Of a DNA stretch of 64,000 bases, positions 51,138 through 64,000 are shown piece by piece (within the stretch, counting starts at the first letter, position 1; each line of letters starts with the position of its first letter). The stretch spans positions 230,895-294,894 of the forward strand of contig BFEA01000039.1 in assembly GCA_003427395.1 (NCBI GenBank), written 5' to 3'. The position numbers and the translations under genes are program-made. The DNA is from Chara braunii. Lineage: Eukaryota; Plantae; Charophyceae. Under the pieces are notes generated by a model, which was given only the letters and a program-made list of their open reading frames with translations, had not been told where the DNA came from and did not search any database.

Positions 51138-51503
51138 ACAGTCAGGCTGCGGACTTTCGGAGAAAGCACTTAAGCCATAGGACGTCAAACGGTCGTTGCC
51201 CACAAAATGGCAAAAATCGAAACTGGATGCAAGCTGCAATGAAGCAGCACGCCTGCCTATGCCACGATGCTCGCTACACCACCTTTAAAAGAGACCTTTT
51301 GCAATGTGCTGAGGGTCCAACAGTCAGGCTGCGGACTTTTGGAGAAAGTACTTACAAGCCATAGGACGTCAAATGGTCGCTGCCCACAAAATGGCAAAAA
51401 TCAAAACCGGATGCAGGCTGCAATGAAGCAGCACGCCTGCCTATGCCACAATGCTCACTACACCACCTTTAAAAGAGACCTCCTTTTGCAATGTGCTGAG
51501 GGT
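51138..51503. repeat. ~182-bp tandem duplication
   Basis: ACAGTCAGGCTGCGGACTTT...GCAATGTGCTGAGGGTC x2. Confidence 0.9.
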
Positions 51504-54500
51504 CATCCAATATGAAATACATTCCATTAAAGAAGCATTGCACCCGGGTCTGGAGGCGCCTTGCTGCACACAAAGATTTTCCAAACCGCCGGCGGTGCAT
51601 TTTTCTTTTTTGTCTGGTCTGCCAGCCATTGTGGTCCATTGTGGTCCAGTAGGCTGATGGTGCTACGGTGCGGTGGGGACAATGGCCGTTTAAACCATCA
51701 CGTTCTTAGGCCGTCAACAAGGTGGCTGAATCGGTGCACCCTGCAGGTCCACATGCATTTGCCTATGGATGCCTCCACAGAGGGGGCCTAAGACCCCCTG
51801 GGGACCTGGGGTACTGGTGGTTTAAGTGGGATGTTTCTTGTGTAGGAGTGCAAGCCCATGCCACTTTGTGGGGATTTGAAGTCTAAGGGGGGATTGGAAG
51901 TCTAAGAGACTAGCACACTCTAATTGACTACTGGCATATGTGGGATTTGATCACATACAAGTCCACAAAGGCCTAACCACACCTACAACATTGATACACC
52001 TCCTACACTCCACCATCTACTCTTATCTCGTCTCAGCAGGAAGTGAGCTGGCACACCAAGTAAAATGGCAATTGTTTAGCGCACGCCACAGACCTTGTAC
52101 TGCTGTGTAACCAAGAGATCGCTGTGGCTGAGTATATGAGGCCTTCAGCAATTCACTAAGAGGTCCTGGCTCCCCTTTTTTACCACGCAAAGACCCAAGA
52201 ATATGATAAAACAAAGCCCTTACAGTTTCTAGAACACGAAAGTAAGACCAAAACTTTGCATAATCCAAAGCAATGCATATTGCAACACAAACACGACTAC
52301 TGCCCAAGGTCCTGCAACTCCCAAAAATGATCACTGAAGTAACCAAGATAACTCGTTCTTCTGTCCATTAACCTTTACTGTGCATAATCACGCCTATAAT
52401 TCATTCCTTACGATTTGGCACCCAATCCAAAGACCACACCGCCCTTCACGCTTCATGACCCTTAGATACCATCCCAAGTCACACAAACAATTACACACCA
52501 CGATCAAAGCTTGTAAAGTCCACGGCCATCGACCTCATTCCCCTTCAACAGCCACTCGACACCATCCAACCCCAACAAAGCCTTCCAGACGTCATATAGC
52601 CACAATTACTCACAACAATCCTCTGCTTACAACCCTAAAATGGCCCCTCCACATCAAGTCTTCTCTCCAATGAGTATTACCTGTCAATGCCACATTGTCC
52701 ATCAGACATCCCATCGGGCGAAGACGCAAAGCAGGGGCAAAAGCCAGCTCAACCCTTAAAAGTTTAACAAAACTCTGGAAAGACTCTTAGCTCATCTCAA
52801 AACCTAGTGGACGAACCATGCCATCCATGCACATCAAGCTCTGCTCACCAACCCTAAAAGTTGAACAGAACTGTGGAAGACTCTTATAGCTCATCTCAAA
52901 ACCTAGTGACCAAATCGAGGTCGTGTTACCTCGGCTTGAAAAAGAGACGTCTCTTCTCATGCCCTACTTTCCGTGGCTGTGCACCACTAAAACCCGGAGG
53001 AGCACAATTGACCCAGCTCAACGACCTAAGACTCGATAAAACCACACAAATCGTCTCAATGTATGCACTGAAAACTCCGCCTTTCTGACGAGTCAAATTG
53101 TCTCAATGTTCCCAACACTTGGATAATCACGAATGGACTCACTCGCAACAAGGCTGCAAATATCATGAAGGGACTCACAACAAGGCAGCAGCCAAGGATC
53201 CCCATTTTTCAGATGACGCCAGCCAGAACACGAAAGCCACCAAAATAGTAAATTCACCAATCTTATGTGTTTGTGCGACTATGCGCACAAATGTGACAGA
53301 GAGAGTGAGAGAGGAAAAAAAGCACAGCATCTACCATTTCAATCCTCGCTGAAAAACACTACCACCGCCAATCTCTCTATTAATAGAACTGGAATGGCAT
53401 GTGGATGCTCTAAATCTCAAAAGGGTGCTTGGTGACAACAGCCCATGCAAGCTGACGCACGCAGAGGGTACAAACTTCTTTGAGACTAATCGGCCGGCAC
53501 CAAGTCCAATACGTGAAATAAGTTCAAGTGCTCAAAACCACCAGTGCAAGCAATTCTCCTTCAAGGAATGCAAGTGTAAACACGCAGTCCACATTTCAAC
53601 GTACCGGCTGGTGGGAAAATTCCCTTTTCGTAAAAAGCCCCCACAACGCGTCCAATAAGAAATTTCTATGGGAAAGAAAATTCGTTTTTTTTAGTGAAAA
53701 GCCCCCACACAAGCTGGTGGTTTAAACACAAGTACCTCCAAGCCTTCTTTTCATAGGCACGACTTCTCCCACCCCTAAAATATACTCCGACTGTCGCTGG
53801 TAAGCGCCTGAAGGGGAGGAACGCCCAAGTGTTCCCATGGCACCATGTTTTTCAACCAGCATATCATATGTTTGAAGGTAGCTGGGCAGCTTACTGATGC
53901 TTTCTCATGCTTTAACTATGCGAATGTAGATCTTGTCACAACATCTACATGCTGTTGCTCTATCCGCTACACTCAAGTGATATAACAAAAGTGGATTGTC
54001 AATCACATACACTACACTTTACATGATGATCCTCATCTGTGCGCAAAATGCTAAGCGGTATAACAACTGCCCTCAATCAAACCTCTCAACAATGTAATCC
54101 TATTTGCAATTTTGCACCTCCTACACGTAGCTGCCTTCCTACCCCTTCTCCTCCGTCCAAAAATTCATACCCCTATAATATAACACAACAATAACAACTG
54201 AGAAAAGCACCAGTGCGCGGCCCCAACTCGTAAATTTAAATTTCCGTTATAGCGTACAACAAGGAGGCCACACTTCAGATGTAAGTGTGGTCATGGCGAC
54301 CGAAGGTAAAAAAGATAGTTTTGGCAGTTTAGGGTCTTAAGACCACTAAAAAAAAAAAAAAAAAAAAAAAGAAGATAGTTTTGGCAGTTTAGGGTCTTAA
54401 GACTACACACACACACACACACACAAAATAAAAAAATAAATAAAAAAAAGGGTCTGTCTTACAGGGGTGATTTACAAATTTCAAAGGTGAAGCGATCCAG

Positions 54501-54577
54501 TAAGTTGTCCCCATTTCAGCATCATCGTCCAGGCAAATGCAACTGCACGGACGAGCTCATAAAATCACAGCAATTCC

Positions 54578-55058
54578 CAACCTCGCATATACCTGCTGCT
54601 TAACCTTAAGACAATGCTTACCAAAAAACAATACAGGCATATCTGCAGGCAAGCATCTGAGCAGCAGGTATGCGAGGGTACACTAGTACATAATCACCAC
54701 TTAATTCACTTCCATAATTGTCTAACGCTGATCAACCTAAATGGCTTGACGGTGGGCCTCGCTCTACCATTCTCAATTTAGTGCTTCCGAGAGTAAGGCT
54801 CCGCTTCAGATACTCTCGCTTTGCCACTGCCAAACTCGCATACCTGCTGCTTAGCCTTGGACGATACTTACCAAAAGACCACACAGGCATATCTGCAGGT
54901 AAGCAGCTGTTTGCATGTATACTCGTACATAATCACTTCGATAATTCTCTAACACTGACCAACTTAAATGGCTTCACAATGGTGGGCCTCCTCGCCCTAC
55001 CATTCTCAATTCAGCGATTTAGAAAGTTAAGCTCCGCTTCACATACTCTCGCTTTGCC
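54578..55058. repeat. ~250-bp diverged tandem duplication
   Basis: CTCGCAT..ACCTGCTGCTTA...GCTCCGCTTCA.ATACTCTCGCTTTGCCAC x2. Confidence 0.85.
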
Positions 55059-57259
55059 ACCACTCGTGGTTAATGGGTGGTGCTATTTTCGGCGAATTTT
55101 TCACCGAAACTGCCATATTTCCCTGAATTTTTGCTTTTTTTTTTTTTTTTTTTTTTGTCTGATATGTAGGTGCTCGAGAGTATATCTGTATTCAGTTTCA
55201 GCGTATTTGGACGAGTAACAAAGAAGTTCGCAAAAACACCGAATTCGGGAAAAAAATTGGCGAACTCCGAAAGCTACTCCGAATAGGGTTTTTTAGTCCT
55301 GAGTTTTTTTTTTTAGTTTTTTTGCCTGTTTCGTTTTTTGATGTTTTTATTATGAGCCTGCGTAGTTTGTTCGCAAAATTTTCCACGACATTGCTTGTAG
55401 TGATGCGGTGAAAAACCCCGAATTTTGGGCCTTCCATTAACCGCGTGTCTTTGCCACCGCAAAAAGTTTACAAAGTCGTCAGAGAGATTGATTCCTTCAA
55501 CAGGACCTTGATGGATGACCCTCGAAATATCGACTCCTCATCATGTGCACTCTCAAAAATCGAGGTTCCTCTGCCATACCCCTCCCCTCGATCAGCCTCC
55601 AAATTTTGAGTCAATCGCACTTTTTTTTTTTCCTTTTTTTTTTTTGAGACCCAGCTGTCAATTTTTTTTCGTTGTCGTCCATGTGCTCAGAAGAAGAACA
55701 AAACCGTAGAGAGACCAGTGAAGTTCGAGAGCGGACATATAATGGCTTTCTTTTCCCCTTCTATGCGGCGCTGATACCCAAGACCTTGTGACAGATATTG
55801 GCCCGTCTGAATCTTAATAAACAGAAAGAAAAACATAACATGTCGAAAAACCTCAACGGAAGAAAATAATAAATTACGTAAAAAATCTCAATCCGTGCAC
55901 TTCCCATCCCTCCGTTCACGTCTGCCAACTTACGGACAACGCATTCAGTATTCAAACCTAGCATGGCAGTCGGTCACCCTCTTTTCCAAGAACACGAACA
56001 CCTATAATACTCAACTCGGCGAACACCCCGTCACGCAGTTGATTCAAACGAACCATCAAGCGAAATAATACATATGGAGAAAGATCCAGGAACCAGATCA
56101 TTGCTCAACCAACTAACACACGCAGGTAGACCAATCTGCCGGGCGAACCAAAACCTTAGTCGTCTCGTCGCTCTAAGACCGAACGAATGGAAGCGCAAAA
56201 CCCCCAATCGACAACAGTAAACAATCAATTAATCCAAAGAACGCAGTCAATCAACTAGATGCAGGCGAGCAAGCAGATGGCATTCAACTCAGCTCGGCGA
56301 ACCTGCCGGGCGAACCAAAACCTTAGTCGCCTCGTGGCGAACCAAAACCTTAGTCGCCTAGTGGCTCTACGACCGAACAGATGGCAGCGCAAAGAAAACA
56401 TAAGCAATCGACATCAGTAAACAATCAATCAATCAAAAAAACGAGAGCCAATCAACAATTAGATACAGACGCGCAAGGCGGCCGAACCAAAACCTTAGTT
56501 TCAATTGACGGAGAAGTACATTGGTCAACCCGTCGCCTACACAAAACGTCCCATTCTTCCGTCCCTAATCGACCAAACGCCAACCAATGTGACAAAATGA
56601 AGGGGAAAAAAAATAATTCAAATCAGGAGGAATCAATCGGAATAGGGAACGCGAACACTTAATCATGACGCTGACTAATGAATCCATTAGTCGATCATTA
56701 CCTCGTACAAATTAGTCAAATGAACTGATCAAAATGTCAACCAATATATCATCAGCGAGTCGATGAATACCTTGGCCGTCCATTAGTCACTCAACGCAAC
56801 GCCGCGGCGGCGGCGGTATAGCTAGCAAACTTCCAAAGCATTGAACAATCATCATCCAGACATCTACGAATCGCGTCAGACAATCGGGACCTTGGCCAAC
56901 AAGCCAACCCATCGGGACCTTGATCAAGGGCCGGTAAGTCAAGTGCCCTCCTCTCAAAAACAGACTACTCACGACGACGAGCACGATGACGACGGCGACC
57001 AATCACGCCAACCCATCGAGCAAATCAGTCACGCTATAATATCAGTCGACCAACAGATCAAAGCATTCATCAAAGTAAATCGATCGTCCCAATCGCATAG
57101 TGATCAAGTCGATCAAAGGGTCAACAAGCCGACAGATGCACCAAGAATGGAGGATCAAAAAGTCAAGAACCCGACAAGTGCACCAAAAATGGAAACCTCC
57201 ATCATCCTACTAATAATCTGCACTCACGCACCAATCAACCAATGGACCGAAGACCTAAC

Positions 57260-57430
57260 CGATCAACCATCGTATCAATCAGGGAAAGGCGTAACCAATA
57301 ATCAACCATATCAATCAAGGAAAGGTGTGATCAATAATCAACCATATCAATCAAGAAAAGGCGTAACCAATAATCAACCATATCAATCAAGAAAAGGTGC
57401 AACGAATCAACCATAGCAATCAAGCTAAGG
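57260..57430. repeat. 36-bp minisatellite x4-5
   Basis: AATAATCAACCATATCAATCAAGAAAAGGCGTAACC units. Confidence 0.9.
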
Positions 57431-58331
57431 TGTTTCGACGATCCGATCAACAACTAGCGCTCGCGTTCATCACGCAAATCGCATCAGCGAACGTTCTTCT
57501 ATACCTGAACAGCTCTATCAGACTGATCAGCCACATCAAAACGGTCCTGCACCATTCGATCGCACCCTCAAACACCTACTAATCAACTCAAACCCGATCA
57601 GATAGTTAACCTATCGACAGAATCAGTGCAATCAAACCCGATCACATAGACACAGTCAGTTCAACGCCACCCAAGTGATTACACGACACGAATTCTTCAA
57701 GGAACCTCCATTCGACAGAATCGGTTGCCGCACGCAGCTTATCCACACGCCCAAAACTCCATTCGACATAAACATTGACCGATCACGTCCAGTCAATCCT
57801 GCATCGTGCGAGGGACGATCCAATTTTCTATCATCCTATTGCTAATTAATCAATTTAGAAATTTCGCGATTACCCATTCAGCAAATTGACAACCGTCGAC
57901 ACTCTCTAATAAACGAGGAAAGGTGTTCTACCTACCTGCCGACGATTCGACCAATCAATCTCTTCGCATCCAATCCCACCGCCCAACAACGGCGGGTAAC
58001 TCGGGGGAAGAGAACAAAACCATCTCGACCACACCCTAAACGGGAAAGAACACATTTAATCCCAATTCGCCACAGTTTGGGGGAATGAATCACCCGCATT
58101 TTCTACCCAACGCCAATTTCGACTCTCCTCCTCCTTCCCGCACCTTTCTTCGCTCTAACTGATGAGCAACAAATCCACACGTTCTTTCCTCAGACTACGA
58201 CAAGCTTCAACTCCGACGATTTTTTGCATCCGCCAAGTGGGCGAATTAAAGATCACAAGAGTCCAATTACATACTCAAAGAGTCCAATTACGTACTCAAG
58301 AGTCCAATTACGTACTCAAAGAGCCCAATTA

Positions 58332-58425
58332 TTCTTCATTCATTAAAACTGCGTCTTCAAAGTTATATCCTTCCCAAGGCATAGCTACTAAAATATTGTT
58401 TCCTAATGAAATCTCTCGTCCCAGC
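58332..58425 (-). pseudogene. rpoB: NUPT fragment of plastid rpoB
   Basis: [27 protein letters not shown] versus the conserved [23 protein letters not shown]; the Tyr codon is deleted. Confidence 0.9.
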
Positions 58426-58606
58426 GTAGTAGCATATTCAATTACTGCCAGATGCAACAAACACCACTCGCGCGCCCATTTCGCAAAACGTCTTTTGTTT
58501 TTTGACCTGGTAAGCAAACAATGAAGTAGCGCTACTCTACAAACAACAGCGCAATGTCCCAAGAGTTCGGACTACATCCTCCACAAACAAGTCGAAATCG
58601 GCGCAC

Positions 58607-58649
58607 TCAACAGTCATTTGCTCTACCCACTGAGCTGAGCTACTAGAGA
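58607..58649 (-). tRNA. trnN: 5' half of an organellar-type tRNA-Asn(GTT), pseudogene
   Basis: TCTCTAGTAGCTCAG(CTCAG)TGGGTAGAGCAAATGACTGTT; truncated at the anticodon loop. Confidence 0.6.
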
Positions 58650-59389
58650 CCTACCGGGCTAACACCATGGCAATAACAACAAAGCGACTTCAAAAGGGAT
58701 TACCGCCATCACACCATCATGTCAAGCGCCTGACGATTGTGCTTCCCTGTTAGTTATGATGGACACCCATGCTGAAGGTGACCTGTAGGTTTCCTCAGCT
58801 GAATTCATTGAGCGGACAATAAAGGCGATCATTGAATTTCGTATAGGATTCCTTCCCCTGTTCGTTTGTACACGGGTAGACTTTTTTCTCTCTCAAAGTT
58901 AGCCAACTAAATAGACAACAACGATACAACCAAAGTCTTCCACTGTGCATGCGCCGTGAAATTTTCATGTACCCGTTTTGTACTTCCGAAAAAAAAGATG
59001 ATGACGACCCAGCCATCCGTTTGAGTGCAAGGGGACGGGGGTAGCTCTGTCCACCAACGAAAAGAGCACCAGGCAGTTCAACAACTCATCACGTTGGTGC
59101 TCTCCGTATCCGAGGATGGGCTTCCACCTCCTTTACACAATGATTAAACAAACGTATACAAAAGCCAACGAAAAACCTCATAAGGAGGAAAAGACGTCTA
59201 GGCAACAGCTTCCACTTATCCATTTCCACAAGAGCCACAAGAGCCATCCATTATAACGCGGCGGCAGAGAGGAAAAAGGTAGGCGACGGCTTCGTCGTCG
59301 AAAACCGACAGGGTGCGAATGCACGACCGATTTAGGAAAGAAAACGCCTCGGGAGGCCGATTTAGATGGCTGAGTAACTTCGTGGCACG

Positions 59390-59508
59390 GACACTCTCAC
59401 ACTGGAGCCTTTAGGACTTGTCTCTGGACATGATTGCAGTCACATACTTCTCTGGATCTCCGTAATTGCGATCAGATGCATCCAGGAAGTGCTAGTTAAG
59501 AGTATGCC
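59390..59508. mobile_element. Further copy of the ~120-bp MITE (partial copy also at ~27530-27618)
   Basis: CTCACACTGG...TAATTGCGATCAGATGCATCCAGGAAGTGCTAGTTAAGAGTATGCC. Confidence 0.7.
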
Positions 59509-59509
59509 C

Positions 59510-62500
59510 CTAACAAAGAAGAGGAAACGAGCACCCCACGCCGGGAAGGAGAAATGCGCAGTGGGAGGGCAAGACAGGCAAAAGTCGACAGAGAGGGAGG
59601 GGGAAATTCCATAAGGCTGAAAGAGACTGAGGCAATGGATCGTGCCCCAGGTGCAAGGAGGGTCGATGCAGAGATTGAGGACGGGGGGAGGCGAGAGTAA
59701 GAACGCATAGAGAAGGCTTCAAACACACAAGGCCTGGCTAGCAAACCACAGATTGAGCGCAGAAGAGACATACAGAAGGGGGCACGGCAGAGAGAAGCAC
59801 AGCACAGACGTAGGATGCACAGCAGAGGGATGAGCAACAAGAGAGCCAACTTGCACGGGCAAGGAACCCGAGGTAGAGGGACATGGGGAAACGCAAAGCA
59901 GTGCGGATACGAAGAACGTGCACAAGAGGGAGGCGACTACAGCGAAGCACAGGAGAGAGAAATCGTCAACGGCAAGGGAAGGAGAAAAGACCCCATAAAA
60001 ACGAAAGAGGACCCACAGAGGAAGGAGGGTAAAATCAGAAGAAGAGACCACAGGAAAGGAGGAAAGTCACGCCACAGAGAGCACCCACTCCAGACAGCAT
60101 ACCCGCCCGCAGAGCAAATCCCCCCCCAGAGGGAGAGGACCTGAGGCAGCGGCCTGGGGGATGAACCCGCAGCAGACGGAGGTGACCCGAGCGGGAGAAG
60201 GAGATGACCTGCGACTGACGGATGGACCAGCGCTCCAGGGAGAGGAGGAAAGCCAGCGCCGGAGGGGACCACAGAGAGCCCACGGCGAAGTGAAGGACAC
60301 AGCCCACGACAGAGAACGGGAGAGAACCCCTGACGATGGAAGAATTGCATTGATGAGAGAAACCAAGTAGGTAAGACAGCTGAACCGGAGAGTCAAACAA
60401 GACGGACGCGAAGAAGGTAGGCAAAGCAGAAGGGCTGAATCAGAGGGAACGAGAGGGCAGAGCAGTTGGGGGTGCCACCAGTTGGCGCAGAAACACGGCA
60501 GAGGTGAGGCACGGCAGAAGGAGAGGAGGCACGGTAAAGGGAGGGGTGGGGAGGCAGAGGGATGCGAGGCACGGCCGAGGGAGAGGAGGCATGGCAAAGA
60601 GAGCGGAGGCACGGCAGAGGAAGCGTAAGCGCGCAAGAGAAATGGGAGGCACGCCAGAGGAAGGGGAGGCACGGCAGGGCGAGGAAAGGAAAACCAGAGG
60701 AAGGGGAGGCACGGCAGGGGGCGGGGAGGCACGGCAAGAGGAGGGAAGGCACGGCAAGGGGAGGGGAAATAAACGAGAGAGACGGAACCCGCAGTAAGGA
60801 CAGGTACCCACGGCCGACGGAGAGACCCACATCAAAGGGGAAAACTATGGGCGAGGCAGGGCGTTTCCACAACAGAACGGAGAGAGCCATAGTCGTGGGA
60901 AGGAGAGATGGAGGGAGATGAGAGAGGGAGGAGACAAAAAGCCACGGGATCCCACGGTGGGCGGCGGAGAGACAAGACAACTGCAGATAAAGGAAAAGAG
61001 CCCACGATGGACGTTAAGAGCACACAGCCCGCGGGAAGAAGGCGCACGGGACAAAACCACGCAAACAGGTGCTGACTGCGCGTGGTGGAATTTCAAAATC
61101 CTATCACTGATTGATTGCCCAATCGCGGCATTTTGACGTCCTATCATTGATCGCCCAGCGCGGAATTTTGACGTCCTTCCATTGATTGCCCAACGCGGAA
61201 TTTTGACGTCCCATCATTGATTGCCTAGCGCGAAGCAGCAGCGGGGTGGCTTTGACGGGCACGAACCAAGGAACCTTGACGACGAGATAGAGAAACAAGA
61301 ACAGAACTTTTCCTTCCAAGACAAGATTATCGGTGGGCTGGAACCATCATACATACACCCAACCAGTTCTTTTCAGCCACCCCTACAAAAGCACACGCAC
61401 GCACAGATTGAAAATTGGACAGGCCCAACGACGAGGTGAAGAAGAGATATTGCAAGCTAAAACAAACTGTACGGGATAGGATAGATAAACGTTTTCCTGT
61501 ATCAGACACAATAAAAACTGAGTGCAAAATATAGGCGCGGGATAGCGATTGTGTTATACCGCAGTCACCGTGATGAAGGCACCCCTCCTAATAGCGAACA
61601 AAAGGGTGTAATTATCTTCTCCTCCCGTGCACAAGAACTTCTCCCGTGCACAAGAACGTGCACGGGATATGATAGATAAAAGATAGTTTCCTACGATAGA
61701 TAAACCGTTTTTTTTCCCAAAAACTGAGTGCACAACCAATATAGGCGCGGGAGAGCAGGATAACAAGTTCGTCGCATGCAACAGCAGTCCGCTCCCTTCC
61801 GATAATAAAAAGGAGCGCAGGGAGGAGAAGAGGAAAAATTGTGGTGCTTAGACGAGGCGCAGAGAGGAGAAGAGGATATTATAGAGGGGGGAGACAAGTG
61901 GGAAACAAACACTGAACACCGAGAGAATGTACTTCTGCCGTCTTCCGCCGAACACAACGCACCCTCATTTTGGTGCGTACCTGACCGAGAAAGTATAGCT
62001 TGTACACATTCACTAAGTCCGGCTGCGTTAGGTTCGGCGGAAGACGGTAGTGACGTAACAAAGCCTGACCGGAGCGGGCAAACGGCGAAGAGACGAGTCT
62101 GATTGAGAAACAGCAGCTGCACATGAAACCGTAGAGAGACCCAGGGAGATTTTTTTGTCAGAAACCGCAGCGATCCAGAGAGGAAGAGGAGAGACGACGC
62201 GAAGGGAGAGAGCGGCGGAGAGGGTTGAACGGGAGAGAGGGCCAAAGAGAAATTAAGGGAAAGGGAGCATCATAGGGCAGGGTTCGATACGAAAAAATCG
62301 CAGCGATCCAGAAGAAGAAGAGAGAGGACGCGAAGGGAGAGAGCGGCGGAGAGGGTTGAACGGGAGAGAGGGCCAAAGAGAAATTAAGGGAAAGGGAGCA
62401 TCATAGGGCAGGGTTCGATACGAAAAAATCGCAGCGATCCAGAAGAAGAAGAGAGAGGACGCGAAGGGAGAGAGCGGAGAGGGGGTTGAACGAAAGAGAG

Positions 62501-63570
62501 GACCAAAGAGAAATCAATCAAGGGAAAAGAAGCATCATAGCGCAGGATTCGATACGGAAAAATCAAAGTGCAAAACTACACGCGAAAAGACTGCAAACGA
62601 CCACATCTGAGTGAAGAACCATGAACAACAAACGAGCACGAACGAGTCCCAGAAGAAGGGGCAAAAGTGTAAATACTGGAAGTAAGCGAGGGACAGGTAG
62701 ACAAACAGGCACAACGAAAAGCCGAGAGAATTGAGATGAGGGGAAGTGGAAAATCCATAAAGAGACAACACGGGTGAAATTTGCGACCGCGAGAAGCACG
62801 AAACTGGGAATGGATTCCTTGAACAGAAGCGCAGAGGAACTGCCAAGCGGTGAGGAGAGAGAAAAGTAGGCGAAATATGAAACAGGGGCAAGTGTGTGAG
62901 AGGTGGTGCGCACGGTGGGGATAAACATCTAATCACGACGGCGAAAATCACGGAGATATCAGAAAAACGGCCACCATTGGGTACACACAACATCAAGAAG
63001 ATAGCCTGCGAGCCCCAAATAGGAAAGTAATGATTCAATGCATGTGCGGCTGTGTGTAGGCTAACGAGCCGGCGTGACGATAGCCAAAAAGAGAAGGACA
63101 GTAAGAAGGCGCTGAAACGATTCAGTTGAGAAAGATAGACAATCGCAGAATGCACATGAACAAGTCGGCGGTGAGCCTTCTTCGGAAGTAGACAATCGCA
63201 CAAAGATAGACCGTGACACAACGGCAGGAACAGGTGAGGCATACGGACTTCGCGCGCAAGTAACTGACGAGGGAAGCATGGTCAGCGTAGGAGTAGAGAT
63301 TGGAAGCTGCTCCTCGCTTAGGACGAATAAACAGGGGGGAAATAATGAACGGGGGAAATAATAAGCAAATAAACAAGCCGCGAAAGACGGTAAACAGAAA
63401 CGAAGCACCACAGAAGAGAGAGACGGGAAACAGGCAGCAGGAACAGACGGCGGAGAAAAGTCAAAAAAAGTGGCGACAGAAAGAAGACAAGGAGACATGG
63501 GGACAAGAAAGGAGGAAGCAAGGAGAGAAAACAGATAACGAGCGCAAAAGAGGAAATCAATACGCCGATT
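59510..63570. repeat. Purine-skewed repetitive tract with GAGGCACGGCA arrays (60500-60760), a 35-bp tandem (61075-61232) and a 120-bp tandem x3 (62160-62560); probably transposon-derived
   Basis: Tandem units are directly visible; the overlapping ORFs are low-complexity. Confidence 0.65.
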
Positions 63571-63907
63571 AACAGCCCATAGGCACGACAGACGTAATCA
63601 TGGCATGGATCTCCGAACTAAATGACACGGCGTGGCAACCCAAGTTAAACAAAGGGGCAACTTCTCAATTAGGGACCACAGCCCCGGATGTAATTTCATG
63701 CACAGACAGAAGAGGAAGCAGCAGGCAACAGAAAGCGCCCAAAAGTGGTGGTATATGGGAAACCATCGCCAAACTCACATATATGCCCCGCCGCTCTCTG
63801 TGTGGCTACTGGGCTCCTTGCTGGTGCAAGAGGAACTATGGGGGCTCTTCTTTCCCGCGTTCATTTTTCCACATTCCCTGTCAGATCTGCCGTTTTCTTC
63901 AACCCCC

Positions 63908-63908
<1 letters not shown>

Positions 63909-64000
<92 letters not shown>
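63909..64000. repeat. (CT)n(GT)n microsatellite
   Basis: Directly visible; similar compound microsatellites at 29117-29180 and 49828-49920. Confidence 0.98.

Noticed and set aside
50757-52760. Candidate PP2C first exons (ATG ACT GG|gtatga at ~50757-50764; MSDGQCGIDR|gtaata at ~52681-52709)
   Set aside because: Both are phase-compatible, but neither has recognisable homology; cannot choose without transcript data.
59496-63572. Many 100-235 aa ORFs
   Set aside because: Products of purine/pyrimidine skew and tandem repeats; no gag, RT, integrase or transposase motifs seen.

Overview
Repeat-rich eukaryotic nuclear DNA, most likely from a streptophyte alga such as Chara. This is inferred from the organelle-derived fragments (sdh3, matK, cemA, group II intron RT), a plant-type U6, and kilobase-scale introns. 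One well-supported gene is present: a clade-F-like PP2C phosphatase on the minus strand, with 7 phase-consistent exons from 34956 to 49617 and its first exon unresolved. A second minus-strand spliced gene at about 29.7-32.9 kb is weakly supported. The first ~10 kb is a dense patchwork of 30-900 bp fragments of mitochondrial, plastid and nuclear rRNA sequence, arranged in long co-oriented runs. A complete type III hammerhead ribozyme fold lies antisense in a PP2C intron (42666-42722). Two truncated relatives lie at 6430 and 15680, and all three are next to microsatellites, pointing to a Penelope-like or retrozyme-type family. Also present are two diverged copies of a 0.7-0.9 kb structured non-coding element, a ~120-bp MITE family that forms head-to-head hairpins, a U6 pseudogene, many tandem duplications, two Nextera mate-pair adapter artefacts and two N gaps. 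All similarities were recognised by eye; no database searches or folding programs were run.
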